This document shows positions 8,669-17,708 of a DNA stretch of 43,189 bases, in pieces. Below the pieces are notes generated by a model. That model saw only the letters and a list, made by a program, of their open reading frames with translations, was not told where the DNA came from and ran no database searches. The position numbers and the translations under genes are program-made. Origin of the DNA: Candidatus Pacearchaeota archaeon (lineage in GTDB: Archaea > Nanobdellota > Nanobdellia > Pacearchaeales > GW2011-AR1); the NCBI GenBank assembly GCA_002688335.1, contig NZCQ01000002.1:1-43189 (forward strand). The letters are read 5' to 3'. Numbering within the stretch: the stretch's first letter is position 1; each line of letters starts with the position of its first letter.

Positions 8669-9175
8669 ATGGAATTATTAGATTCTCTAAAAGCAGATAA
8701 GGACTCACGAAAGATTTTTGGAAGTAAAGAATTGAAAATAATTGAAAAGCAATTAATGGGGATCAAATTAACACAATCTGAAAAAAACAGATTATCCAGA
8801 GACATAAGAAAAAAGTTAAGATTCATCAAGGAAATAAATAAATTCAATAAAGAATTTGGATTAAAAAAAGGAAAGATTGTAAGAAACATTATTGAAGATA
8901 CAATTAACATAATTAAAGAAGATCATTCATTCAGAAAGATTAAAAAAATCTTATTATTCGGATCGTACGCTACCAATGAAGCGATTTTCCGCTCAGACAT
9001 AGATATAGCAATTGAGTTTGATAAAATTGATTTAAAAGAAGCAACAAAATTCAGGATTAGAATATCCAAAATAACCTCAAATAAAGTAGATATCCAAGTT
9101 TACAATATATTACCAAAGAGATTAAAAGAATCTATAATTAAACATCATAAAATCTTATATGAAAAGAGCAAATAA
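8669..9175 (+). CDS. Minimal nucleotidyltransferase (Pol-beta/MNT-like) with an N-terminal helical extension
   Basis: The LLFGSYATNEAIFRSDIDIAIEF motif fits the GS..x..DxD signature. No HEPN partner is visible. Confidence 0.7.
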   Translation: MELLDSLKADKDSRKIFGSKELKIIEKQLMGIKLTQSEKNRLSRDIRKKLRFIKEINKFNKEFGLKKGKIVRNIIEDTINIIKEDHSFRKIKKILLFGSYATNEAIFRSDIDIAIEFDKIDLKEATKFRIRISKITSNKVDIQVYNILPKRLKESIIKHHKILYEKSK

Positions 9176-9192
9176 AACATTAACATTATAAA

Positions 9193-9840
9193 ATGAAAAA
9201 CCAAATACTGCCATCAATTATAGCAAACAATCAGACCGAACTAAACGAAAGATTCAACAAAGTAAAAAATCTAACAAATAATTTTCATGTAGACATCATG
9301 GATAATGGATTCGTTAAAAACACATTCATGAACTTTAACTTCAAACTGCCCAGAAAAATAAAGAATAAAAAAACTAACTATGAGGCACACCTAATGATGC
9401 ATGGACACAAAGCAATGCATTGGATTAAAAAAAACAAAAACAAAGTGAATCTGATAATTATCCATCACGAAGCAAATAACTTTAAACCACTCCTAGCTCA
9501 TTTAAAAAAGCAAAAAACAAAAACAGGCATAGCTCTAAAACCCTCAACATCTATCAATAAAATAAAAGAATATCTAAATGATATAGATCAAGTTCTATTG
9601 TATATAGCATCAGGACTAGGAAATTATGGGGGAAAATTTCTTCCATCAATGCTAAATAAAATAAAAAGATTAAGGAAATTAAAACCAAATTTAGACATAG
9701 AAGTTGATGGTGGAGTAAACAATAAAATAATTAAAAAACTAAAAAAAGCCGGAGCTAACAAATTTGTTATTGGAAGTTATTTGCAGAACAGCAAGGAGAT
9801 CAAAAAAGATTTTGATGGGTTGAAAGGACTTATTAAGTAA
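9193..9840 (+). CDS. rpe: Ribulose-phosphate 3-epimerase
   Basis: ILPSIIA..FHVDIMDNGFV.N near the N-terminus and EVDGGVN..AGAN.FV.GS near the C-terminus. Confidence 0.8.
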   Translation: MKNQILPSIIANNQTELNERFNKVKNLTNNFHVDIMDNGFVKNTFMNFNFKLPRKIKNKKTNYEAHLMMHGHKAMHWIKKNKNKVNLIIIHHEANNFKPLLAHLKKQKTKTGIALKPSTSINKIKEYLNDIDQVLLYIASGLGNYGGKFLPSMLNKIKRLRKLKPNLDIEVDGGVNNKIIKKLKKAGANKFVIGSYLQNSKEIKKDFDGLKGLIK

Positions 9841-10117
9841 AATTAAATCTATCATAATCAAATTTTCTATGATCTATCGCAGTAAGTTGAACTTCATTTT
9901 TATCAAGGACAATTTTAAAAATCAGCCTTAGCTTTCCAGTAATTCTTGTTGATTTATATCCATGAAGATTTCCAGAAAGCCTATCTCCCACTGAATGAGG
10001 ATTCTCTTTTAATCTTTCAATTTTCCTATCAAGAGCTTTCACAAATTCTCCATCTTTTCGATGTTTCTTAAACTGCTTAGAAAACTCCTCGGTTACGGAG
10101 ATTTCCCAATTCATCAT
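9833..10117 (-). CDS. RelE/ParE-superfamily toxin
   Basis: 94 aa and basic, with a 4-bp ATGA overlap with the upstream small acidic ORF. The core LRLIFKI..V.L.AI.HR is typical of this superfamily. Confidence 0.65.
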   Translation of the reverse strand: MMNWEISVTEEFSKQFKKHRKDGEFVKALDRKIERLKENPHSVGDRLSGNLHGYKSTRITGKLRLIFKIVLDKNEVQLTAIDHRKFDYDRFNFT

Positions 10118-10317
10118 ATATCTAGAACAGAATTAATCTTATGAACCCTTCCTTCTCTAACATCCTCTTCGCTTTTTTTAATCTGATCCAGAGTATCAGA
10201 ATTAGATAAAACAGCAATTGTCTCCATCACTTGCTTCAATTCTTCTTTTGTCACCATTGTTTCTTCTATTTTCCTCAATTGATCTACGATCTCCTCGTCT
10301 GATATTTGTGTTTCCAT
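10114..10317 (-). CDS. Putative antitoxin partner
   Basis: 67 aa, acidic, translationally coupled to the toxin. C-terminal SEEDVREGRV motif. Confidence 0.5.
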   Translation of the reverse strand: METQISDEEIVDQLRKIEETMVTKEELKQVMETIAVLSNSDTLDQIKKSEEDVREGRVHKINSVLDI

Positions 10318-10398
10318 TTACTATCCAAGAATAAGATGATTATAAGGTTTATGGTTACATTTAAAAAAACTCTTCTACTTATATGGGAAAAGGGGAAG

Positions 10399-12222
10399 AT
10401 GATTTCAAAAAGACTTCAAGAAGCGGCAAATGTTCTAAGAGCTGATGTTCTTAAAATGACAACTGCAGCGGGAAGTGGCCATCCAACCTCATGCCTATCA
10501 GCAGCAGAAATCATGGCCTGTTTATTCTTTTATGAAATGAAATACGATATCAAGAGTCCTAATAATCCAGATAATGATGAATTCGTGTTAAGCAAAGGTC
10601 ATGCAGCACCAGCCCTCTATTCAGCCCTATACCGGGCAGGCTGTATAAATCACAACCTTTTATCCCTAAGAAAGTTTACAAGCAAACTTGAAGGGCATCC
10701 GATGCCATCTTCACTAAAATGGGTCAAAGTCGCAACAGGAAGTTTAGGACAAGGACTTTCCGTAGGATTGGGCATGGCTCTGGCAGCGAGATTACAGAAA
10801 AGAGAATTCCACACATATGTATTACTAGGAGATTCTGAACTAACAGAAGGCTCTATATACGAAGCATTACAGCTAGCTAGCTATTACAAACTAAACAACC
10901 TAACAGCAATAGCAGATATAAATAAACTAGGCCAAACAGGAGAAACAATTGAAGGCCATAATATTAACAACTATAAAAAGAGATTTGAGGGTTTCGGTTG
11001 GCAAGTAATCACAATAAACGGTCATGATATAAATCAAATACTAAGAGCATTAAAAAATTCCAAGAAAACCAAAAAGCCTACATTGATCTTAGCCAAAACG
11101 CTAAAAGGAAAAGGAGTAAGCTTTATAGAAGATAAAAATGGATGGCATGGAAAAGCATTAAGCAAAGAAAAACTAGAAAAAGCATTAAAAGAAATCCCAG
11201 AAACAGATTTTCCAGAATTTAAGATAATAAAACCAAAAAAAACAAATCATAAATTTAAGATAAAATCCTTCAAGAAAAATAACTACCACAAAAATAGAGA
11301 CATTGCAACAAGAGAAGCGTACGGTAGAGCATTAGCGAATCTAGCTAAATCAGATCCCAGAATCTTGGCTGTTGATGCTGAAACGGGAAACTCAACATTC
11401 TCAAACCTAGTTAAGGAAAAAACTCCAAATCAATTCATACAAACATTTATAGCAGAACAAAATATGATTGGTGTTTCAACAGGACTATCAATTAAAGGAT
11501 TCAGAACATTCCCAAGCACGTTTGCAGCATTCCTAACAAGAGCATTTGATCAACTAAGAATGGCCTCAATTTCAAGAGTAAACTTAACAATTTGTGGAAG
11601 CCATGCAGGGGTTTCAATAGGCGAAGACGGAGCAAGCCAAATGGGACTAGAAGATATAGCCATGTTCAGAAGTCTAAGAAATAGCAATATTTTCTATCCT
11701 AGCGATGCAATATCATGTGACAGATTAACAAACACATGCTCAAGACTAAAAGGAATAAACTACATCAGAACAACAAGAGCCAAAACCCCCATAATATACA
11801 ACAACAATGAAAAATTCAAAATCGGAGAATTCAAGATACTAAAAAAATCCAACAAAGATCAAATAACCCTTATAGGATCTGGAATCACCTTACACGAATC
11901 ATTAAAAGCCCATGAAAAACTGAAAAAGAAAAACATAAACAGTGCTGTAATCGATCTTTATTGTATCAAACCATTCAACCACAAAAAACTAATAGACTTC
12001 ACAAAAAAACACGGAAACAAAATAATAATAACAGAGGACCACCATTACGAAGGAGGGATCGGAGAAATGCTAAAATCGGGTCTTATTGATTCTGGAATCC
12101 AAATTAAACATCTAGCTGTAAACAGACTTCCTCATTCAGGTACAACGGAGGAGCTACTTGGATTTGAAGAAATAGATGAATATAGCATCATAAGAAATGC
12201 TATAAAGCTAACGAGAAAATAA
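10399..12222 (+). CDS. tkt: Transketolase (full-length, fused N- and C-terminal halves)
   Basis: AAGSGHPTSCLSAAE, LSKGHAAPALY, GSLGQGLSVGLGMA, GDSELTEGS, EQNM.G...G, GEDGASQMGLEDIA. Start set at MISKRLQEAAN; the track ORF begins further upstream. Confidence 0.9.
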   Translation: MISKRLQEAANVLRADVLKMTTAAGSGHPTSCLSAAEIMACLFFYEMKYDIKSPNNPDNDEFVLSKGHAAPALYSALYRAGCINHNLLSLRKFTSKLEGHPMPSSLKWVKVATGSLGQGLSVGLGMALAARLQKREFHTYVLLGDSELTEGSIYEALQLASYYKLNNLTAIADINKLGQTGETIEGHNINNYKKRFEGFGWQVITINGHDINQILRALKNSKKTKKPTLILAKTLKGKGVSFIEDKNGWHGKALSKEKLEKALKEIPETDFPEFKIIKPKKTNHKFKIKSFKKNNYHKNRDIATREAYGRALANLAKSDPRILAVDAETGNSTFSNLVKEKTPNQFIQTFIAEQNMIGVSTGLSIKGFRTFPSTFAAFLTRAFDQLRMASISRVNLTICGSHAGVSIGEDGASQMGLEDIAMFRSLRNSNIFYPSDAISCDRLTNTCSRLKGINYIRTTRAKTPIIYNNNEKFKIGEFKILKKSNKDQITLIGSGITLHESLKAHEKLKKKNINSAVIDLYCIKPFNHKKLIDFTKKHGNKIIITEDHHYEGGIGEMLKSGLIDSGIQIKHLAVNRLPHSGTTEELLGFEEIDEYSIIRNAIKLTRK

Positions 12223-12268
12223 TGCAAACAATAAAAAGACATTTAAACAAATAAAAACTCTATTAAGT

Positions 12269-12520
12269 ATGAAAGAAGAGGTTAAAATAAAAGAAGTAAA
12301 TCCCACATTGAAGTTTTTATTATCAAACAATAACGTAGTTATAAATTTGCTTCTTCTAGGCTTTTCATTCTTACTAATAATAATGATCCCAATTATGGCC
12401 TTAAAAGATTGGTTAAAAGAAGAATTAGTTGTAGATATAATATTGATGATTATAGGTAGTTTCCTAGGAGCAGGATTACTAAAATATGGATTAAAAAAAG
12501 AGAATGGCACAGCAAAATAA
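12269..12520 (+). CDS. Small membrane protein
   Basis: ORF track; two hydrophobic helices. Confidence 0.35.
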   Translation: MKEEVKIKEVNPTLKFLLSNNNVVINLLLLGFSFLLIIMIPIMALKDWLKEELVVDIILMIIGSFLGAGLLKYGLKKENGTAK

Positions 12521-12650
12521 ATCACCAATAACAGCATTCATAGGGGCATTTGTAGGATTAATCACATTTGGTATGATTAATACGAACCTATCAATATTAG
12601 GGGCTATAGTCGGAGCGTTTATAGGTTACGCTTTAGGAAAAGAATGGTAA
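12504..12650 (+). CDS. 48-aa glycine-zipper-like membrane peptide
   Basis: My own translation: MAQQNKSPITAFIGAFVGLITFGMINTNLSILGAIVGAFIGYALGKEW. Confidence 0.3.
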   Translation: MAQQNKSPITAFIGAFVGLITFGMINTNLSILGAIVGAFIGYALGKEW

Positions 12651-12651
12651 A

Positions 12652-12822
12652 ATGACAAATTCAGATTTAATAAATAAAAATTGGGACATATTATTATTCC
12701 TAATAATAATAATAATTAGTTTTATCATTTCTTCTTTCTATAAAGATTACTTTTGGATATTTATAACACTAGTAGTCATTTTGTCATCCATAATTCTTAT
12801 AAAAAAAATGAAGGAAAAATAA
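12652..12822 (+). CDS. 56-aa membrane peptide
   Basis: My own translation: MTNSDLINKNWDILLFLIIIIISFIISSFYKDYFWIFITLVVILSSIILIKKMKEK. Confidence 0.3.
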   Translation: MTNSDLINKNWDILLFLIIIIISFIISSFYKDYFWIFITLVVILSSIILIKKMKEK

Positions 12823-12831
12823 CCCAATAAG

Positions 12832-13677
12832 ATGGTACAAATATTCTTAGACAGTGCAATATTAGAAGAAATAAAATCACTAAAAAACATAGGATTATTA
12901 GACGGAGTTACAACAAATCCCAGTTTAATCAAAAAGGCTGTAGATCAGCTAAAAAAACAAAACAAAAAAATAAGTATTGAAATTTATATAAGAAAAATTC
13001 TAGAAACCTGCAATAAAAAACCTGTCAGTCTTGAAGTAATTGGAACAAATCTCAAAGAAATGGTTGAGGAAGGAGAAACTCTCTATAAAAAATTCAAGAA
13101 ATATGGTAATGTTTACATAAAAATTCCAGTAAATCCATGCATGGAAGATAAGTGTACTTTAGGAAGTGATGGAATCAAAGCTATAAAAGAATTATCCAAA
13201 AACAAAATCCCGGTAAACTGCACATTAATCTTCACACCAGAACAAGCACTTTTAGCAGCCAAAGCAGGAGCAAAATTTGTTAGCCCATTCATGGGAAGAG
13301 AAGACGATTATATAAGAGAAATAAATAGGGTAAAATTCAAAAAAGAAGATTACTTTCCTAAAGAAGGATACAAAAAAGAGAAGAAAACACTAGAAGATAA
13401 TGGAATTATCTCAGGCATAGATTTAATAAAAAAAACAATTGAAATATTCAAGAAGAACAAAATCAGATCTAAAGTATTAGCAGCTAGCATAAGAAGCAGT
13501 AGACAGTTCAGAGAAGCTCTAAAAGCAGGAGCAGACATCGTAACCCTTCCATACAAAATCATTATCGAATCACTTAATCATCAAAAAACAATTGAAGGCA
13601 TGAAAAAATTCACAAAAGACATCGTTCCTGAATATGCGAGATTGATAAAGAAAAATGAAAACAGCAAATATAAATAA
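12832..13677 (+). CDS. tal: Transaldolase / fructose-6-phosphate aldolase family (TalC/Fsa type) with insertions
   Basis: MVQIFLDSAILEEIK..GLLDGVTTNPSLI, IKIP, VNCTLIF..QALLAAKAGA.FVSPF.GR. Confidence 0.85.
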   Translation: MVQIFLDSAILEEIKSLKNIGLLDGVTTNPSLIKKAVDQLKKQNKKISIEIYIRKILETCNKKPVSLEVIGTNLKEMVEEGETLYKKFKKYGNVYIKIPVNPCMEDKCTLGSDGIKAIKELSKNKIPVNCTLIFTPEQALLAAKAGAKFVSPFMGREDDYIREINRVKFKKEDYFPKEGYKKEKKTLEDNGIISGIDLIKKTIEIFKKNKIRSKVLAASIRSSRQFREALKAGADIVTLPYKIIIESLNHQKTIEGMKKFTKDIVPEYARLIKKNENSKYK

Positions 13678-14608
13678 AATGAAAAACTACTATGAGATGA
13701 AATCATTCACTCTGAAAGACATTCCAAATTTAGACACTTGTGTTTTAGGAGCATTAGAATTACTAAACAGAGAGAAAGTCCCCAAAATTAACATTCCCTA
13801 TAAACATCCACTTGTTGTGGGATCAGGAAATGCAGAAGCAACAGGCAAAATATTATTCCACGATAAAGACGCTATATTCGCTAACGAGAGCAATCTAAAA
13901 ACAAAGATAAAAACAAAAGGAATAGATGGGATAGTAATCATCTCCGCATCAGGAAGCAAACATGCTCCAATAATTGCTAAAAAAGCTAAGCAACATAAAA
14001 AACACATAACACTCATCACAACTAAAGATCATTCTCAAACAGAAAAATATCTAGACAAAAAACACAGCCATGATGAATTCATTTTCCCAAGACAAAGAGA
14101 ACCTTATACCTATAACACTTCCACCTACTTAGGAATGATTCTAGGAAAAACAAAAGAAAATCCAAAAGAAATTTACAATTTTATTAAAAACAAAATAGAC
14201 AAGTTAAATCTAAGTAAACTAAGGACATACAAAAGATTCTACCTAATCATCCCACCAAAGTTCAGTTTGATAAAAAGAATGTTTGAAGTTAAATTCATCG
14301 AACTATTCGGGAGAGAGATTGCAAGAGACATCGAAACAAGTGAATATATAAAACATGCAACAACCGTTATCCCAAGTAAAGAACTATTTATCAGCTTCGG
14401 AGAAAAAAACACCCATTATGGCAAAAAAGAAAACCGACTTTACATTCCATTACCAAAAAAAGCAGACTTCGGAACCATAATAGCCATAGGATATTATATA
14501 ATTGGAAAAATACAATCTCACAATCCTTATTTCAAAAAGAACATAGAAAAATATACAAAAGAAGCTAGCAAAGTCTTTAACACAAGGATAGGGCCGATAG
14601 TGGAATAA
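13655..14608 (+). CDS. SIS-domain sugar-phosphate isomerase-like protein (possibly an archaeal PGI/PMI-like enzyme)
   Basis: The segment VVGSGNAEATG..GIVIISASGSKHAPIIAKKAK..ITLITT resembles a SIS fold signature. It sits in the pentose-phosphate cluster. The start may instead be the ATG at 13679. Confidence 0.4.
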   Translation: MKTANINKMKNYYEMKSFTLKDIPNLDTCVLGALELLNREKVPKINIPYKHPLVVGSGNAEATGKILFHDKDAIFANESNLKTKIKTKGIDGIVIISASGSKHAPIIAKKAKQHKKHITLITTKDHSQTEKYLDKKHSHDEFIFPRQREPYTYNTSTYLGMILGKTKENPKEIYNFIKNKIDKLNLSKLRTYKRFYLIIPPKFSLIKRMFEVKFIELFGREIARDIETSEYIKHATTVIPSKELFISFGEKNTHYGKKENRLYIPLPKKADFGTIIAIGYYIIGKIQSHNPYFKKNIEKYTKEASKVFNTRIGPIVE

Positions 14609-14697
14609 TAATCAATGAAAATAATTAAAGGTAAGAAAGATAAATTAGAAGAAATAGGAAGTCAATTTATACTAGACGCTATAGAAAAAACTCTAAA

Positions 14698-15651
14698 TTA
14701 GAGAATGTCTAGATCATTTTCCTTGAATCTCGAATAAACTTCTTTCGCACCTTTTTCTTCACAATATCTTTTTAATCTAAGAACATAATCGTAAACAGGA
14801 TCTTTTTCACCACTAGCAGAATATCTTAGCAGATCTGATTCGTTAAATCCCAATCTTTCTATATACTCACTAAAGAATTTTTCAACTAATGCATGAACTA
14901 CGCCCTCTCCTATTTTTTTAGATTCTCTATAGATTTCATGTTCCTTAGGAATATCTCTTCCAAAAATATTTGATGCGTATAATTCCTGATTTAATCTTTG
15001 AACTAAATTCGTTCTTTCATATGGCTTGACAATACAATGGAATATTTCTACGATTGGTATAAATAATGCACCAACAACTTCATCGCAGGAGGTTAGTATC
15101 CCTTTATTTTCTCCAACAACTTCATAACCATTTCCTTCAATAAATCTCCACCCCTCTTTATTAAAATGGATTCCCTTATTCCCCTTAGAGATCTCCACAT
15201 TTTTTATTAGTTCTGACCAAAAATGATTGCCTCCGTTATAGTAATAATCCGCTCCCAATACCACATTAAATGTATATGTCACCGCCACTGGAATGAGACC
15301 TCCATCTCTTGGAGATAGGGGAGTATCTCGACCAAGTGCATCAATTCTTATTTGGTACTCTGCATCCTCCCCAACATACCTTAAAAACTCATCAAGACTA
15401 TCCTGGACCCTCTCTTGATACATTTTAATTACATTACTATCAATTTCAAGAGGAGTAAAATTAATATCCGAATAATAATTAATTGTAACTTCATCTACAG
15501 GATCTTCAACATTATTTCTAAAGTGAGTAAATAATTTTATCTCATCCTCAAAACTATGACTATTTCCTTCCCCCCTCAGAGATTCATTCCTAATTGGGTC
15601 CCTTAGCGGAGGTGTTATGTTTTCTCTATAAAACGAAGCAAATTCTAACAT
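14698..15651 (-). CDS. Hypothetical protein (orphan), antiparallel insert in the pentose-phosphate cluster
   Basis: 317-aa ORF with no motif I recognise. Visibly higher G+C than the flanking genes. Confidence 0.5.
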   Translation of the reverse strand: MLEFASFYRENITPPLRDPIRNESLRGEGNSHSFEDEIKLFTHFRNNVEDPVDEVTINYYSDINFTPLEIDSNVIKMYQERVQDSLDEFLRYVGEDAEYQIRIDALGRDTPLSPRDGGLIPVAVTYTFNVVLGADYYYNGGNHFWSELIKNVEISKGNKGIHFNKEGWRFIEGNGYEVVGENKGILTSCDEVVGALFIPIVEIFHCIVKPYERTNLVQRLNQELYASNIFGRDIPKEHEIYRESKKIGEGVVHALVEKFFSEYIERLGFNESDLLRYSASGEKDPVYDYVLRLKRYCEEKGAKEVYSRFKENDLDIL

Positions 15652-15801
15652 TTTGGATCCTCCAGAGGTTTATTTCTCTATAAAATGCACATAGAATGAG
15701 TTTATAAAACTTACTACATGTATTAATTTTATAATAGTAACATATATTCACATTAAACTTATAAGAACAAACATCTTTACCATAAAAACAGGTTCAAGAA
15801 A

Positions 15802-16689
15802 ATGAAACTAGGATTCATAGGACTGGGTAGAATGGGTAGTAACATGGTTCTAAACCTCCTAGACCATAAACACAAACCAGTTGTCTATAATAGAAATTCT
15901 AAAATCACTAAAAAATTTGAGAAAAAAACACCAACCTCCTACTCTTACCAAGAAATGATTTCCAAACTTCCAAAAAGAAAGATAATCTGGTTAATGATCA
16001 CATCAAAGGCAGTAGATTCCATAATAAAAGACCTAATCCCTTTTCTAAAAAAAGGAGATATCCTAATCGACGGAGGAAACTCTTACTTTAAAGATTCCAT
16101 AAGAAGACATAATCAACTAAGAAAACACAAAATATATTTTCTTGATGTTGGAACTTCTGGAGGCATTGAAGGAGCAAGGAATGGTGCATGCATGATGATT
16201 GGAGGAGAAAAAAAGATATTAGAACTAACAGAAAAATTATTCAAAGATATGTGTGTAAAAGATGGTTATGGATATATGGGAGAATCGGGAGCAGGACATT
16301 ACGTTAAAATGGTTCATAATGGAATAGAGTATGGGATGATGTCAGCAATAAGTGAAGGAATTGAAGCAATTAACAAAAAAAAGAACAAATTCAAAACAAA
16401 TCTAAATGAGGTAACCAAAGTCTATAGTAATGGAAGCATTATTGAAGGCAGGTTAATGAGCTGGACAAGAAAAGGAATGAAAAAACCATATTTCAAAAAC
16501 ATTAGTGGAAAAGTTCCAAAAGGAGAAACCGAGAGAGAAATGGAAGAGCTCACGAAGATAGCTAACATGCCAGTCCTAAAGCAAGCTATCAAAGAAAGAA
16601 AGAAGACAAGAAAAAAACCAAGTGAATTTGGGAAAATAATAAGTGTTATGAGAGATGAGTTTGGTGGACATAAGTTTAGTAAGAATTAA
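15802..16689 (+). CDS. gnd: 6-phosphogluconate dehydrogenase, short (YqeC/Gnd-like) form
   Basis: MKLGFIGLGRMGSNMVLNL (NAD(P) Rossmann motif), GGNS, GTSGG, GAGHYVKMVHNGIEYG. Confidence 0.85.
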   Translation: MKLGFIGLGRMGSNMVLNLLDHKHKPVVYNRNSKITKKFEKKTPTSYSYQEMISKLPKRKIIWLMITSKAVDSIIKDLIPFLKKGDILIDGGNSYFKDSIRRHNQLRKHKIYFLDVGTSGGIEGARNGACMMIGGEKKILELTEKLFKDMCVKDGYGYMGESGAGHYVKMVHNGIEYGMMSAISEGIEAINKKKNKFKTNLNEVTKVYSNGSIIEGRLMSWTRKGMKKPYFKNISGKVPKGETEREMEELTKIANMPVLKQAIKERKKTRKKPSEFGKIISVMRDEFGGHKFSKN

Positions 16690-16710
16690 GAAATGTAAAT
16701 AGTATAGCCA

Positions 16711-17049
16711 TTAAGATATCCTCCTATCTGGATTTCTCTTGATAGCATCTTTATATTCATCATAAGTCATCCAAAAACTCTCACTACACTCTAAACAATG
16801 AAAATCGACCTCTGAACTATTTTTATCTAATAACCACTCAACCTCCCTTGATTCACAATCTGGGCAAATTAATTTTTCACCTAACTCCATCCAATCAACA
16901 GAATGCCCAACCCTTGTAGGATCTATATCTCCGCTCTTAAATCCTTTAATCAGATTTTCAATTTCTTCAGATACATCATCCGAAATTTCTTCTAATTCTT
17001 TAACAAATTCGTCGGAAAATTCTACCTTCCATTTCTTTTTTTCTTTCAT
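16711..17049 (-). CDS. Hypothetical zinc-ribbon protein
   Basis: CPDC..(18)..CLEC pattern with an acidic N-terminal half. Confidence 0.45.
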   Translation of the reverse strand: MKEKKKWKVEFSDEFVKELEEISDDVSEEIENLIKGFKSGDIDPTRVGHSVDWMELGEKLICPDCESREVEWLLDKNSSEVDFHCLECSESFWMTYDEYKDAIKRNPDRRIS

Positions 17050-17062
17050 TTCTTAAATTCAA

Positions 17063-17235
17063 AATCATCTGAGTAATCAGGAGACCACACCTTAAAAGGT
17101 GTGAGATTACTCTAGATCCTAACCAATGAAAATCAAGTAGATTTTCGTGGCCCTCAAAATCGTAGATTTTGTCGGAAACAAGGGCCTGTAACAAACCACA
17201 CCCTCTATGTGGTGGCCCATTGTTTTTTTGATGTT
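17063..17235 (-). repeat. R2 two-hairpin element, copy A (candidate ncRNA or cis-regulatory leader)
   Basis: Its reverse complement aligns with 36929-37098. The two share AACATCAAAAAAACAATGG, ACCACA..GGTGTGGTTTGTTACAG, TAGGATCTA.AGTAATC and GATTACT.AGAT, with compensatory stem changes. Confidence 0.7.
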
Positions 17236-17236
17236 C

Positions 17237-17485
17237 TTATTGATCACTCTTATGATACAAATCTAAAACATATACTACGCTCTTATCCCTTAAGTAAGCA
17301 TAAGACAACCTGAATGGTTTTGCATATAATTCTCTTGTTTCTTTCCTATTATGTTGCATTGGTTTCCCAATTTCAGGATATTCAGATATTTTCTTAATTT
17401 GGTTTATTATTTTTTCCCTTAACAGATCATTCTTGATCTTGGAGAATGTTTTAGCAAAATTTTTATCAAAACGCACCTCTACCAT
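17237..17485 (-). CDS. RelE/StbE-family toxin
   Basis: 82 aa, basic. It overlaps the upstream acidic ORF by 7 nt. FRLSYAYLRDKSVVYVLDLYHKS is a typical C-terminal core. Confidence 0.7.
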   Translation of the reverse strand: MVEVRFDKNFAKTFSKIKNDLLREKIINQIKKISEYPEIGKPMQHNRKETRELYAKPFRLSYAYLRDKSVVYVLDLYHKSDQ

Positions 17486-17661
17486 TTATTCATTTCTTCT
17501 AAATTTTCAGAATCCATACTAAGGTACTCTCCAGAATCTATCCTACTCTGTGCTTCTTCAGTCCTTCTTGCAAACTCTAAATCTTCCTTGAACCTCTCAA
17601 ATTCCACCCTTAAATTCTGCAATTCTAGATTCATTTTCTCAAGAGAAGGTCCTTGTTCCAT
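17479..17661 (-). CDS. Putative antitoxin
   Basis: 60 aa, acidic and helical, coupled to the toxin. Confidence 0.5.
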   Translation of the reverse strand: MEQGPSLEKMNLELQNLRVEFERFKEDLEFARRTEEAQSRIDSGEYLSMDSENLEEMNKW

Positions 17662-17708
17662 AACAAAACATGCCCTAATAATTTATATAGTTTTGCATAA
17701 TCTAAGAT

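Noticed and set aside
14615-14701. 28-codon ORF (MKIIKGKKDKLEEIGSQFILDAIEKTLN) as a remnant of a 6-phosphogluconolactonase gene truncated by the antiparallel orphan gene
   Set aside because: The resemblance to Pgl/NagB N-termini is generic (an amphipathic helix). It is too short to support without a profile search.
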